The notes beneath the pieces were generated by a model. The model was not told where the DNA came from and did not search any database. It was given only the letters and a program-made list of their open reading frames with translations. Position numbers and translations under genes: made by a program. A stretch of 32,000 nucleotides of DNA from Candidatus Kuenenia stuttgartensis (GTDB taxonomy: Bacteria > Planctomycetota > Brocadiia > Brocadiales > Brocadiaceae). This document shows positions 9,881-18,588 of the stretch, piece by piece (within the stretch, counting starts at the first letter, position 1; each line of letters begins with the position of its first letter). The stretch is from assembly GCF_900232105.1 (NCBI RefSeq), contig NZ_LT934425.1, forward strand, positions 2,010,001 through 2,042,000. The letters run 5' to 3'.

Positions 9881-10209
9881 AACAAAGTTTCCTCCAAATG
9901 TATGTACTGCTGACTTTAATAAATCTTTTAACGGCTGAATTAACGGAGCAAACAGTATGCCGAACAATGCCTGCCACCCCTCAGTTGACTTCTTTTTCCC
10001 CTGCAAATTAACTTATTTAATCACAATAGGATATGTGAAAAGTTTTTTGCACAAAAAAATCTTTACGGATTACATAAACAAAAGTATGCCATTGTGGCAG
10101 TGCTTTGCTTAAAACCACCCTTTTAGATGTGTCAATATGACAGTATTACATGGTAGGCGAATGGTATTCGGCGGACGAGCAGGCTTTGCACGAAACCTAC
10201 CGGCAAAAA

Positions 10210-10327
10210 CAGTCGGCAGTCGGCAATCCACAGTCTACAATTTGCCGATTGCCTGCTGTAAGTACTTTCCATTCTAATGATGGACGACGGATGATAGATG
10301 ATGGACGATGTTCGTCCTTCGTCCATC
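10210..10327. repeat. Two degenerate heptanucleotide arrays
   Basis: 10210-10258: cagtcgg/cagtcgg/caatcca/cagtcta/caatttg/ccgattg/cctgctg. 10279-10327: gatggac/gacggat/gatagat/gatggac/gatgttc/gtccttc/gtccatc. Both keep 7-bp phase; the second folds back on itself (GATGGAC vs GTCCATC). Confidence 0.7.
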
Positions 10328-10404
10328 GCCCAAAGTTGGGTCGGGATAGGACACTTCATGTATTTTAAGAATTAATCAGGGAGTGTCCCTCTATTTTCAG
10401 GTGA

Positions 10405-10743
10405 TCAATTATGTACCAATTCTTTCTCTATTGCTGTTTGAACAAGCTGATTTAATGACAAGCCTTTTTGAATAGCTCTCTCGGCTGCTTTTCTGTGCAT
10501 CTCTGGCGGTATACGAACATTAAAACTTCCCCTATATGACTTTATAGGCACTTTACCCATTTCTCTGCAAAGAGCAGCATAATCATCCGCCGCATTGTGA
10601 AATGCCTTTACTAGTTCTTCTACACTATGACCCTCAAAGATTACAAGGTCATCTATACCCTCGATTTTCCCATGAAAAACTTTATCCTCTGCGCTGAAAT
10701 GCACAGTTCCCGTGAAACCTTTGTACGTTAAAACATCCTTCAT
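10405..10743 (-). CDS. hicB: HicB-family antitoxin
   Basis: YKGFTGTVHFSAEDKVFHGKIEGIDDLVIFEGHSVEELVKAFHNAADDYAALC plus a ribbon-helix-helix-like C-terminus NVRIPPEMHRKAAERAIQKGLSLNQLVQTAIEKE. Confidence 0.88.
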   Translation of the reverse strand: MKDVLTYKGFTGTVHFSAEDKVFHGKIEGIDDLVIFEGHSVEELVKAFHNAADDYAALCREMGKVPIKSYRGSFNVRIPPEMHRKAAERAIQKGLSLNQLVQTAIEKELVHN

Positions 10744-11000
10744 TGTATTAACCCCTTATTTCTTAATGCTTCTTCTATATAATCCAATTGATATCTCTTA
10801 AGCTCAACTCCCGGATGTGGTTTATGCAATCTTATAATATGCCTTGTTTCCGGATTAATAAAGGTTACCCCCGACCCGGTAGTTTTGCCTGACTTTGCCT
10901 TTTCATAACCAAATCCAGCCAGAAGACTTTTAAGATCATCATAGGTGAAATCCTTTGGCTTTGATAAGAAACGCCTCAATAATTTCTCAGCCTTACTCAT
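10740..11000 (-). CDS. hicA: HicA-family toxin (mRNA interferase type)
   Basis: FTYDDLKSLLAGFGYEKAKSGKTTGSGVTFINPETRHIIRLHKPHPGVELKRYQLDYIEEALRNKGLI. Overlaps the downstream hicB by 4 nt (ATGA). Confidence 0.85.
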   Translation of the reverse strand: MSKAEKLLRRFLSKPKDFTYDDLKSLLAGFGYEKAKSGKTTGSGVTFINPETRHIIRLHKPHPGVELKRYQLDYIEEALRNKGLIQ

Positions 11001-11100
11001 GCTATAAATATAACAGCAAAATAAAAATGTGCAACTGTAATATAGTTGCTATTCCTGTTTTCTCTTATTGCGTAGCACTTTAATTTTTTGAAAAAGATAT

Positions 11101-12180
11101 TCACGTATGCATGGTATTAACAGATCTGTCTAGGATTCTCATTCCTGTTGACTGGTCGAACCAATGAACCGCATCCGGGGAAAATGCCAGGCCAACAAGG
11201 TCGCCAGCCGAGACCGTTGATTCGGTATTTTTTACTGACCAAAGTATATCCGGGGAGATCCTCACATGGCATACTGATTCATGCCCAAGGTATTCAATAT
11301 GTTCCACAATGCTTTTAATGGCGTTTTTAAAATCCGGCGAAACGCATTGCAATTTTTCAGGACGTATCCCCAGAATAACCTGCGGCGTATTTGCCGGGGG
11401 AACCGGGGATTCAAGGATTGTTTCCCCTAAGGCAAAAGAACTTGCCGTGATTAGCCGCACCTCTGCAAAATTCATGGCCGGAGCGCCAACAAACCCAGCG
11501 ATGAAGGTGTTTTGAGGCGCATTGTATATTTCATAAGGAGTCCCTATCTGTTGCAGATGCCCCTTATCCATAACAGCAATCCGGTCTCCCAGTGTGAGCG
11601 CCTCGGTTTGATCATGGGTAACGTAGACGGTGGTAACATTCCGTTGTTTTTGAAGTTTTTTTAATTCCCCCCTCGCTGAAATTCTTAGGCGTGCGTCAAG
11701 GTTGCTCAAAGGTTCGTCCATTAAAAATACCTGCGGATTTCTCACGAGCGCCCTTGCCAGTGCAACCCGCTGTTTTTCGCCGCCGGAAAGTTCTTTTGGA
11801 TACTTTTGCAATAAGTTGTTTATTCCCAGCATCCTGGCGGTATTTTCCACGTTTTCATTTAGATCCTTTGCCTTTCGTATCCTGAGAGGAAATGCAATAT
11901 TGTCAAATATTTTCATATGCGGATATAAGGCATAGTTCTGAAACACCAGGGCAATGTCCCTTTTGCCGGGAGGCACAGTATTTACAAGGTTATCATTAAA
12001 ATAAATATCTCCCGAAGAGGGAGTCTCCAGCCCCGCGATCATATTTAATGTCGTGGTCTTTCCGCTCCCGCTCGATCCGAGTACTACAAGGAATTCACCG
12101 TCTTGTATCTCCATGTTCAGGCAATTCACCGCAGCGGTGTGTTTGTAATATTTTGTAATATTTCTTAAGTGAATTCTCAT
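11101..12180 (-). CDS. Carbohydrate-type (MalK/UgpC-like) ABC transporter ATP-binding protein
   Basis: Walker A LGSSGSGKTTTLNMIAG, signature LSGGEKQRVALARALVRNPQVFLMDEPLSNLD, and a C-terminal TOBE-like region. Start MRIHLRNITKYYKHTAAV at 12180 overlaps the upstream permease by 4 nt. Confidence 0.94.
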   Translation of the reverse strand: MRIHLRNITKYYKHTAAVNCLNMEIQDGEFLVVLGSSGSGKTTTLNMIAGLETPSSGDIYFNDNLVNTVPPGKRDIALVFQNYALYPHMKIFDNIAFPLRIRKAKDLNENVENTARMLGINNLLQKYPKELSGGEKQRVALARALVRNPQVFLMDEPLSNLDARLRISARGELKKLQKQRNVTTVYVTHDQTEALTLGDRIAVMDKGHLQQIGTPYEIYNAPQNTFIAGFVGAPAMNFAEVRLITASSFALGETILESPVPPANTPQVILGIRPEKLQCVSPDFKNAIKSIVEHIEYLGHESVCHVRISPDILWSVKNTESTVSAGDLVGLAFSPDAVHWFDQSTGMRILDRSVNTMHT

Positions 12181-12992
12181 TCTTTCACCGCTCCGGAAAT
12201 AATGCCCTGTACGATATACCTTTGAAAGGCAAGTAAAAAAATAAGGAGCGGAACGGTAACAATCACTGAAGCTGCGGCAATATCTCCCCACGGAACCTCA
12301 TATGTGCCCTGGAACAGGGCAATGCCTACAGAAGCGAGCCTGGAGGATTCGTCAAGGGTAAAAGTAAGGGCAAACAGAAACTCATTCCAGCAAAAAATAA
12401 AGGTTAGAATTGCTGTGGAAATCAGCCCCGGCAATGCAATTGGCGCAATAACGTACCTAAGCGCCTGAAAATGGGTACAGCCGTCAATGAGAGAGGCGTT
12501 ATCCATTTCGATGGGTATTTTATCAATATATTTTATCATAAGAAATAGCGCCAATGGAAAGTTGTGGGCGCTGTAGGCACAAATAAGCGAAACGGGTAAA
12601 TTTATCCACCCCAGGGTGTAAAAAAGTTTATACAGGGCGGCAACAAGACAGATCGACGGAAGGGTAAACAAAACAACAATCATAAACAATATCGCCGTTT
12701 TCCCTCTGAACGAAAAACGCGAAACACTGTAGGCGGCGAGCAATGCACATGGTATGGCTACGCATACGGTAGAAAGCGAGACCATGAAACTATTGAACAA
12801 ATAATACGGGAAATGGCTTTTAAAGAGGACGTTTTTGTAAGAGTCAAGGACATACGTTTCAGGGAAAACGGGAGGCAATTGCATAATCTCTGAAGGGGGT
12901 TTGAAGGAGGTTAATACAATCCATGCAAACGGGCCTATGCTCCAACAGACCGCCATGAGGGTAAATAGAAAAAAAAGGCATCTTTTTCGCAT
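12177..12992 (-). CDS. Carbohydrate-type (MalG-like) ABC transporter permease
   Basis: Hydrophobic segments and EAA-like loop EMDNASLIDGCTHFQALRYVIAPIALPGL. Internal start MRKRCLFF at 12992 is preferred, because the longer ORF reads into the palindrome at 13032-13110. Confidence 0.92.
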   Translation of the reverse strand: MRKRCLFFLFTLMAVCWSIGPFAWIVLTSFKPPSEIMQLPPVFPETYVLDSYKNVLFKSHFPYYLFNSFMVSLSTVCVAIPCALLAAYSVSRFSFRGKTAILFMIVVLFTLPSICLVAALYKLFYTLGWINLPVSLICAYSAHNFPLALFLMIKYIDKIPIEMDNASLIDGCTHFQALRYVIAPIALPGLISTAILTFIFCWNEFLFALTFTLDESSRLASVGIALFQGTYEVPWGDIAAASVIVTVPLLIFLLAFQRYIVQGIISGAVKE

Positions 12993-13031
12993 TTTATAAA
13001 GGATGTTATCCGCCTTGCCTACACATTTAAG

Positions 13032-13110
13032 AAAGCAGGGGCGAGGCACTTGCCCGTTTGGGCATGAGCACATTTATGACAATTTACGGCAAGTGCCTCG
13101 CCCCTGCTTT
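13032..13110 (+). repeat. Dispersed palindromic element, copy A
   Basis: 23-bp perfect inverted repeat: AAAGCAGGGGCGAGGCACTTGCC (13032-13054) / GGCAAGTGCCTCGCCCCTGCTTT (13088-13110). Confidence 0.9.
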
Positions 13111-13422
13111 GCGATTATTGGAATTTTTCAAAAACTAAAATGTTACCTATAAAAATAAAGATACGTAATCGGGTTTTTTGGGCCTTAATCGTGACCGTTA
13201 TAAGACACAAGGAAGGTAAAATTATATACAATACGCATATTTATGAGAAGAAAAAAAGACGGCATTTGAACAGTGTAAAGGGTGTCTGGCAGATACTTTC
13301 TATTGAAAAGCCCTAGTGTGTACTTTATAATCGATTCATTAATATTTGCAACAGTTTTCCGATAACCAAAAATGGAAACATGTTGTAATCATTAAAAATC
13401 GCATATCTTTGATAAGAAACAG

Positions 13423-14199
13423 GTGCTCAGGTTGCAAGGAATTAATAACAAGTACACAATACTTAATTTAGCAATAAAGGATTTGGGGTTAAGCGCCTTC
13501 ACAAACTTCATCGGTATTAATCTGCGTTTTTTTACGGAAAATACCCTAAACGCATTTATCTTTTTTAATATTATCCAGGCGGATGACCCCGCAAACAGGT
13601 ATGATATACATACCCCAAGCCCCCCCGATATAGCCGGAGATGCAGCAACCATAATTACCCTTACTATCGCGTACCTTTTTTTTACGTCCTATAACGTAAG
13701 AAATGCGCTCAACGTCACAATCCGCAATAATAATAAAATGGATGCGCAGTACATTAAAGCGGTCAAACATTTAGAAGCGTGTTACCGATGGGTAAAAAAC
13801 TTTTTTTTGGTAACCGTGGCAGGTTTTGGAGTATATCTTTTTTCGAAATATGTATTGTCAACGGGAATCGACGTGGTCTTTGTTGAAGGCAATGCTATTT
13901 CAAATATTTTAGGCATCGTAAGCTGTCTTCTCCAAATCTGTTACCCCTTTATCTTTGTTTATGTATATTGTAAATATGTATTCGCAAATACGGCTATTGC
14001 CCTGTTGTTCTATACTTTTTTCTTTATAAGGAATCTTTTTGCGACGGGTTTGCTGGGATTTGTTACTTATTATGATCTGCATGTAGTTGCCCCTTTTTTA
14101 GATTGGCTGACGATTCTTATACTATTATATTCCATAGGCTGCATAATGCTGCATCATCGCGCCTCTAAATTGTTTCATAAAATTGAATTTAAGGGATGA
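13423..14199 (+). CDS. Hypothetical polytopic membrane protein
   Basis: 258-aa ORF with several hydrophobic segments (IITLTIAYLFFTSY, FFLVTVAGFGVYLFSKYV, ICYPFIFVYVYCKYV, FLDWLTILILLYSIGCIML). Start codon uncertain. Confidence 0.6.
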   Translation: MLRLQGINNKYTILNLAIKDLGLSAFTNFIGINLRFFTENTLNAFIFFNIIQADDPANRYDIHTPSPPDIAGDAATIITLTIAYLFFTSYNVRNALNVTIRNNNKMDAQYIKAVKHLEACYRWVKNFFLVTVAGFGVYLFSKYVLSTGIDVVFVEGNAISNILGIVSCLLQICYPFIFVYVYCKYVFANTAIALLFYTFFFIRNLFATGLLGFVTYYDLHVVAPFLDWLTILILLYSIGCIMLHHRASKLFHKIEFKG

Positions 14200-14268
14200 C
14201 AGGTTTACAACCTGAACCCATAGTTTTATGTTTAGGAATTTCAATATTTTCAGTTAAATAATGAACAA

Positions 14269-14338
14269 ACCCACCCCTCAATCCCCTCCCAAGAGAGGAC
14301 TTATAAAATTCCCCTCTTGAGAGGGGTCGGAGGTGGGT
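14269..14338. repeat. Imperfect palindromic C-rich/G-rich repeat element
   Basis: ACCCACCCCTCAATCCCCTCCCAAGAGAGG ... CCCCTCTTGAGAGGGGTCGGAGGTGGGT are imperfect reverse complements. Confidence 0.75.
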
Positions 14339-14409
14339 AAAAATGAATGCCGTTGGGTTTTTGGCTTTTCAAACCTTAGCCTAACGTAACCATAGGAGGT
14401 ATTTTTCAG

Positions 14410-17400
14410 TTGAAAACCTTAAAAAAGTACATCATTAAAGTTGTTGTATGCGTAGCAATGTGTTTGCTGTGGACGTCACTGTGTATACAGGCACAGGACC
14501 AAACCGTTGCCGTTGAGAAAAAAGCAGATGAGATTAAACTAGCGGGACAGCGTACGACAATAAAAAACGAAGATCTTGAAAAGGCGAAAAATAGACTCGA
14601 AGAAATAAAGGTCAGCGCAGAAAAGACTATTGCTGAAAATGAAACGGCAATTTTGAAATTGCAAAGCGATCGGGAATCAACATCTTCCTACCTTAAAAAA
14701 TTAACGGAAGAAAAAAATACCTATCCGGCAGAAGAACCGCATGTGAAATATTTGGAATTGTTAGACAAAGAGATCGGCATCCTAAAAGAAAAAATTGACG
14801 CGGGCAATGAGCAATTAGAAGAGTGCGAGGATCTCATCGCAGCACTTCAGCATCAGGTAAAGACATATGCAAATTACGTTTCATTATTAACCTCGGCGTT
14901 AAAGTTAAATGAAACAATTGCAGCAACCCCTGCCGACCAGGCGGCGCTTGTCAGACAGGAAGCTGAGATTGCAAAGGGATATATCAAAGCGGCGCAGGCA
15001 AGCATGAAAGAAAAAGAATCATTAATTGCCATTGCTACAAAAGAATTGGAGGATTACAGGCTTAAAGCGCCCGTTATCATGCAAGGGCTTGTTAAGGTGC
15101 TGGAGTCATTGAAGGCGGATACTGCCGGCAGTAAATTGGAAAGTCTGGTGCAGGAAAAGATAAACAATGTTTTGTTCTGGCAAAAGGAGGTAAGCAATCT
15201 ATGGATTTCAATATTAAAAAAAAGACTGACGATAGCAAAAATTCAATATGATGAAGCAATTCAGGCGCTAAAGTCTGCAGAATTCAACGCGGAGTTATTG
15301 GCAGAAAAAGCCGGCCTTTTGGAGGAAAAGCAGAAAACAGAAGAATTGAAAAGAAAACAGGAAGAGCTGGCGTACGCAAAAAAGGTTGAAGAAGTTACAA
15401 AAAAGGCTGCGGAGGTCACCCGGGCAGAGACGGAAAAAACCATACAGGAGGCTGCTAAGAAAGGAGAAGAAATTGTTCAGGAGCAAATGATAACCACCTC
15501 CCCAGAAAAAAAGAGGGTGCTGGAATTAGAGGCGGAAGTCTACAAACAGAACGGTATGGTGGCAAAAATGAAGGACGCACTTATTACGGAAGGCGCACAG
15601 CGATATAAAGGGCGTACCGAACTTAAAAAATTACAGGCAGACATTGGCGTTTTTCTGAGTAAGGGCGCCACGGCAAAAGATATCGAGGAAATGGAAAAGA
15701 AGGTCGCTGCGGAGGAAAAGCGTTATTCAGAGGCGGTCAATTCAGTAAAAAGCCTTATTGTTTCCTTAGATCAGGTGAAGAAACTCCTTTCTGATAAACT
15801 TGCCCTTTCCAGCGAAGAGATGTCAAATATTAAAAAGGAAGTTTCCTCTTTTGCCGATAAGGAATTGGCGCAGCAGGCAATTAATCATGTGGAACAAAGA
15901 ATCAAGGCGCAGGAAGAACAGTTCTCTCTTGTTCTGGAAAGAGTAAATATTTTATATGAACGTCTGGAAATAAGGGAATATGGCATGTCAGTGCTTTCAA
16001 ATGTCAAAGAAAAATTACAACAGATGAAAGCGGCAAACATATGGAAAAGGGATGAAGTGCAGATAACCACCCAAACCTTTGACGTAATTTACCTTGATGT
16101 TATAAACCTTCCTTCAGGTATTCATGCTCTTCTTGAAACAGCAAAGAGCCATATGAAAAACGCAGCGGCATATATTACTCTTGAGAAAAATACGGTTCGT
16201 TTCTGGTTAAGATGCCTTGGATTGGCGTCACTCATAGCATTATTTTATTTTTCCAACCGGTATATACGCCGATGGAGCACAGACACCCTGCAACAGTTGC
16301 ATGAATCAATAACCTTTACCTATTTTAAATCGCGGTTGCTCCCCAGCCTGCTTGTAATACTGGATAAGAGTATTACTGTGCTCTGGGTGGCGGTCCTTTG
16401 CATATTGATACGCGCGTTATTCCCTGTAAAAATACCGTCAACAACTTCAGCGATGTATATACTATTATATATTTCTCTTTATACGGCGCTGAAAGGTTTT
16501 CTTGTGGAGTCTTTCGGTCCGGAAAAGGGACACAGGAAACTCGTTGTTTCACTCGCCTACATATCACCAAAGCATATTTACAAGTCATTAAGCATCATTT
16601 TGCTCTTTTCCCTCATTTCCTTGTCTTTTATTACGGTACTTACCGTATTTCAGTACAAAAGAGACGTTATTGACCTGTTCTGGTTCATCTATCGAATAGG
16701 AATGCTGCTCCTGCTTTTGTGGCTTGCAACCCAAAAATCCCTGTTTTTCAAATTGTTGCCTGGAAAGAACAGCCAGTTGGGAAGGCTCATTCAGCGTATT
16801 ATTGGCATTATTTACCCGGTGTTTGTGGTGTTTGTCGTCTCTCTTTTTGCGATACGCAGTCTGGGATATCCTATATTGACGTATGTACTGCTGAAAACAT
16901 GTATAAAAAGTATAGTTGCCGCAATTATCGCTCTATGGATAGCGAAATTCCTGCTTTACCGGATAAGCAGAATGAGAGAAAGACTTTTTGCGGCGAGAAA
17001 AATAGAAAAGAACACCCCCGAAGAAAAGAAATTTAATGCGGCGACTGCGGCTTACGGTATCTCATTAAACTACGTCGCCTCCATTGTTTGTGCGATAGTT
17101 ATTGTACGGATATGGATGGGAACCTTCCGGGATGCAGTGGATTCTCCCGCCGCGCCCTATCTTATTCAGAAGATTTTTGCACAGGTAGGCATAATTTTCA
17201 GGAGCATTGGCAATGGCCTGTTGTACCGTTTCGTAATGCAGGAGGGAAGGTACACAACGCCGCTGAGAATTATCTTTGCAATACTCGTATTGGTTGCGTT
17301 TTTCTTCCTTGCGCGTTATATAAAAAAATTGATGGAAGAAAGGGTGTTTTCCAGGCTGGGAATGGAACGAGGGCTTAAGCATTCGTTCTCCAACCTTATC

Positions 17401-18108
17401 CGATATTTTATCGTAGCCATCGCCGTGCTTATCGGGTTCAATCTGGCGGGAATACCTTTACGCAGCCTTGCCTTCTTTGCCGGCGCATTTGGCATCGGGA
17501 TCGGATTCGGCATGCAAAACATCATAAGTAATTTTGTCAGCGGTATCATACTTTTACTTGAACGACCAATGCGTGTGGGCGACGTGGTAATCCTTGACGA
17601 CGGGACATTAGGCACTATTGAAAAAATCAGCACCCGAAGCACCACAATGATCACCCCGGACAATTTTGTTTTAACCATACCCAACTCAAAGTTCGTTGAA
17701 GGCAGGGTGACAAATTGGTCATTGCCTGATTCCGTGATGCGGGGCAGTGTTCAGGTGGGGGTTGCTTATGGGTCTGATGTCGCCCTCGTAAAAAAATGCC
17801 TCTTAGAAATTGCCGCACAAAATCAGAATGTAAAGAAATTCCCTGAACCTTATGTACGGTTTGATGATTTTGGCGATAGCTCGCTTGTCTTTAAATTATT
17901 CTATTGGGCGGATGACCCCGGAAAACGATGGTTTGCCATGAGCGAGATGCGTTTTAGCATCGATGAAGTATTTCGCAAAAATAAAATAGAAATTGCATTT
18001 CCCCAAAGAGATATTCATATTCGTTCCTATGTGCCATTCCCCGGCAGCAACACGGTGCATGAAAACAACAAACGGGAAGAAACACAGGAAAAACCGCAGA
18101 ATACCTGA
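14410..18108 (+). CDS. Large MscS-family (MscK/KefA-like) mechanosensitive ion channel
   Basis: Signal-like N-terminus, long coiled-coil region, many transmembrane segments, then the MscS core GIGFGMQNIISNFVSGIILLLERPMRVGDVVIL...TRSTTMITPDNFVLTIPNSKFVEGRVTNWS. TTG start with AGGAGGT SD at 14394-14400. Confidence 0.95.
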   Translation: MKTLKKYIIKVVVCVAMCLLWTSLCIQAQDQTVAVEKKADEIKLAGQRTTIKNEDLEKAKNRLEEIKVSAEKTIAENETAILKLQSDRESTSSYLKKLTEEKNTYPAEEPHVKYLELLDKEIGILKEKIDAGNEQLEECEDLIAALQHQVKTYANYVSLLTSALKLNETIAATPADQAALVRQEAEIAKGYIKAAQASMKEKESLIAIATKELEDYRLKAPVIMQGLVKVLESLKADTAGSKLESLVQEKINNVLFWQKEVSNLWISILKKRLTIAKIQYDEAIQALKSAEFNAELLAEKAGLLEEKQKTEELKRKQEELAYAKKVEEVTKKAAEVTRAETEKTIQEAAKKGEEIVQEQMITTSPEKKRVLELEAEVYKQNGMVAKMKDALITEGAQRYKGRTELKKLQADIGVFLSKGATAKDIEEMEKKVAAEEKRYSEAVNSVKSLIVSLDQVKKLLSDKLALSSEEMSNIKKEVSSFADKELAQQAINHVEQRIKAQEEQFSLVLERVNILYERLEIREYGMSVLSNVKEKLQQMKAANIWKRDEVQITTQTFDVIYLDVINLPSGIHALLETAKSHMKNAAAYITLEKNTVRFWLRCLGLASLIALFYFSNRYIRRWSTDTLQQLHESITFTYFKSRLLPSLLVILDKSITVLWVAVLCILIRALFPVKIPSTTSAMYILLYISLYTALKGFLVESFGPEKGHRKLVVSLAYISPKHIYKSLSIILLFSLISLSFITVLTVFQYKRDVIDLFWFIYRIGMLLLLLWLATQKSLFFKLLPGKNSQLGRLIQRIIGIIYPVFVVFVVSLFAIRSLGYPILTYVLLKTCIKSIVAAIIALWIAKFLLYRISRMRERLFAARKIEKNTPEEKKFNAATAAYGISLNYVASIVCAIVIVRIWMGTFRDAVDSPAAPYLIQKIFAQVGIIFRSIGNGLLYRFVMQEGRYTTPLRIIFAILVLVAFFFLARYIKKLMEERVFSRLGMERGLKHSFSNLIRYFIVAIAVLIGFNLAGIPLRSLAFFAGAFGIGIGFGMQNIISNFVSGIILLLERPMRVGDVVILDDGTLGTIEKISTRSTTMITPDNFVLTIPNSKFVEGRVTNWSLPDSVMRGSVQVGVAYGSDVALVKKCLLEIAAQNQNVKKFPEPYVRFDDFGDSSLVFKLFYWADDPGKRWFAMSEMRFSIDEVFRKNKIEIAFPQRDIHIRSYVPFPGSNTVHENNKREETQEKPQNT

Positions 18109-18220
18109 TGGAATGCTAAGGAATTTCAATGCGTAGAGGCGAAGCATCTGCTATAAACGGTTACGACTCGTTCCTCATCCGATATCTAAGTCCACTAAGT
18201 TCCCGGCGCGGCCTCTGGCC

Positions 18221-18280
18221 GCAACCAAATTCGAAATACAAAACAAATTCAAATGATAAAAAACCCAATGCTACAAACTT
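18221..18280. repeat. Dispersed repeat family 'GCAACCAAATTCGAAATAC...CCCAATGCTNCAAACTT', copy 1
   Basis: Nearly identical to 24950-25022. Copy 2 carries an extra 14 bp containing a second CGAAATACG. Confidence 0.8.
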
Positions 18281-18588
18281 TACGTAAGCCCCATCTAATC
18301 CATTCTTTACAGTTCTGCATTTTGAAAAACCAGCATTAAAAACAAAAGGTTGATGGATAGTCGTCTGTCGTGCGATGCGGTTCGTCGCAATACAAATGAC
18401 AATTTCCAGTTTCAAAAGGCTAAACTGTTGTATATTTTCTGATGTTCAATTTAACTACAAGAATAAAAATATTTGAAATCTTACTCATTTTTGGTTTAAT
18501 GCTACCGCAGATTGAAAAAGCATTTTCCTGTCATCTCTACTTTACACCTCTCTTCTCACATCACACCATTCGGAAGTAGGCGGAGAAT

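Noticed and set aside
10132-10368. Short ORFs on both strands
   Set aside because: Translations of the degenerate heptanucleotide arrays, not genes.
12993-13073. N-terminal extension MCSCPNGQVPRPCFLKCVGK of the permease ORF
   Set aside because: Encoded partly by palindrome copy A; the internal Met at 12992 gives a normal permease N-terminus.
16373-17684. Several ORFs of 71-122 aa on both strands
   Set aside because: Overlap the well-supported MscS-family gene in other frames and show no domain.
18416-18588. Possible cobalamin or other riboswitch upstream of the TonB receptor
   Set aside because: No B12-box-like or other known riboswitch core could be recognised by eye; an Infernal/Rfam scan would settle it.
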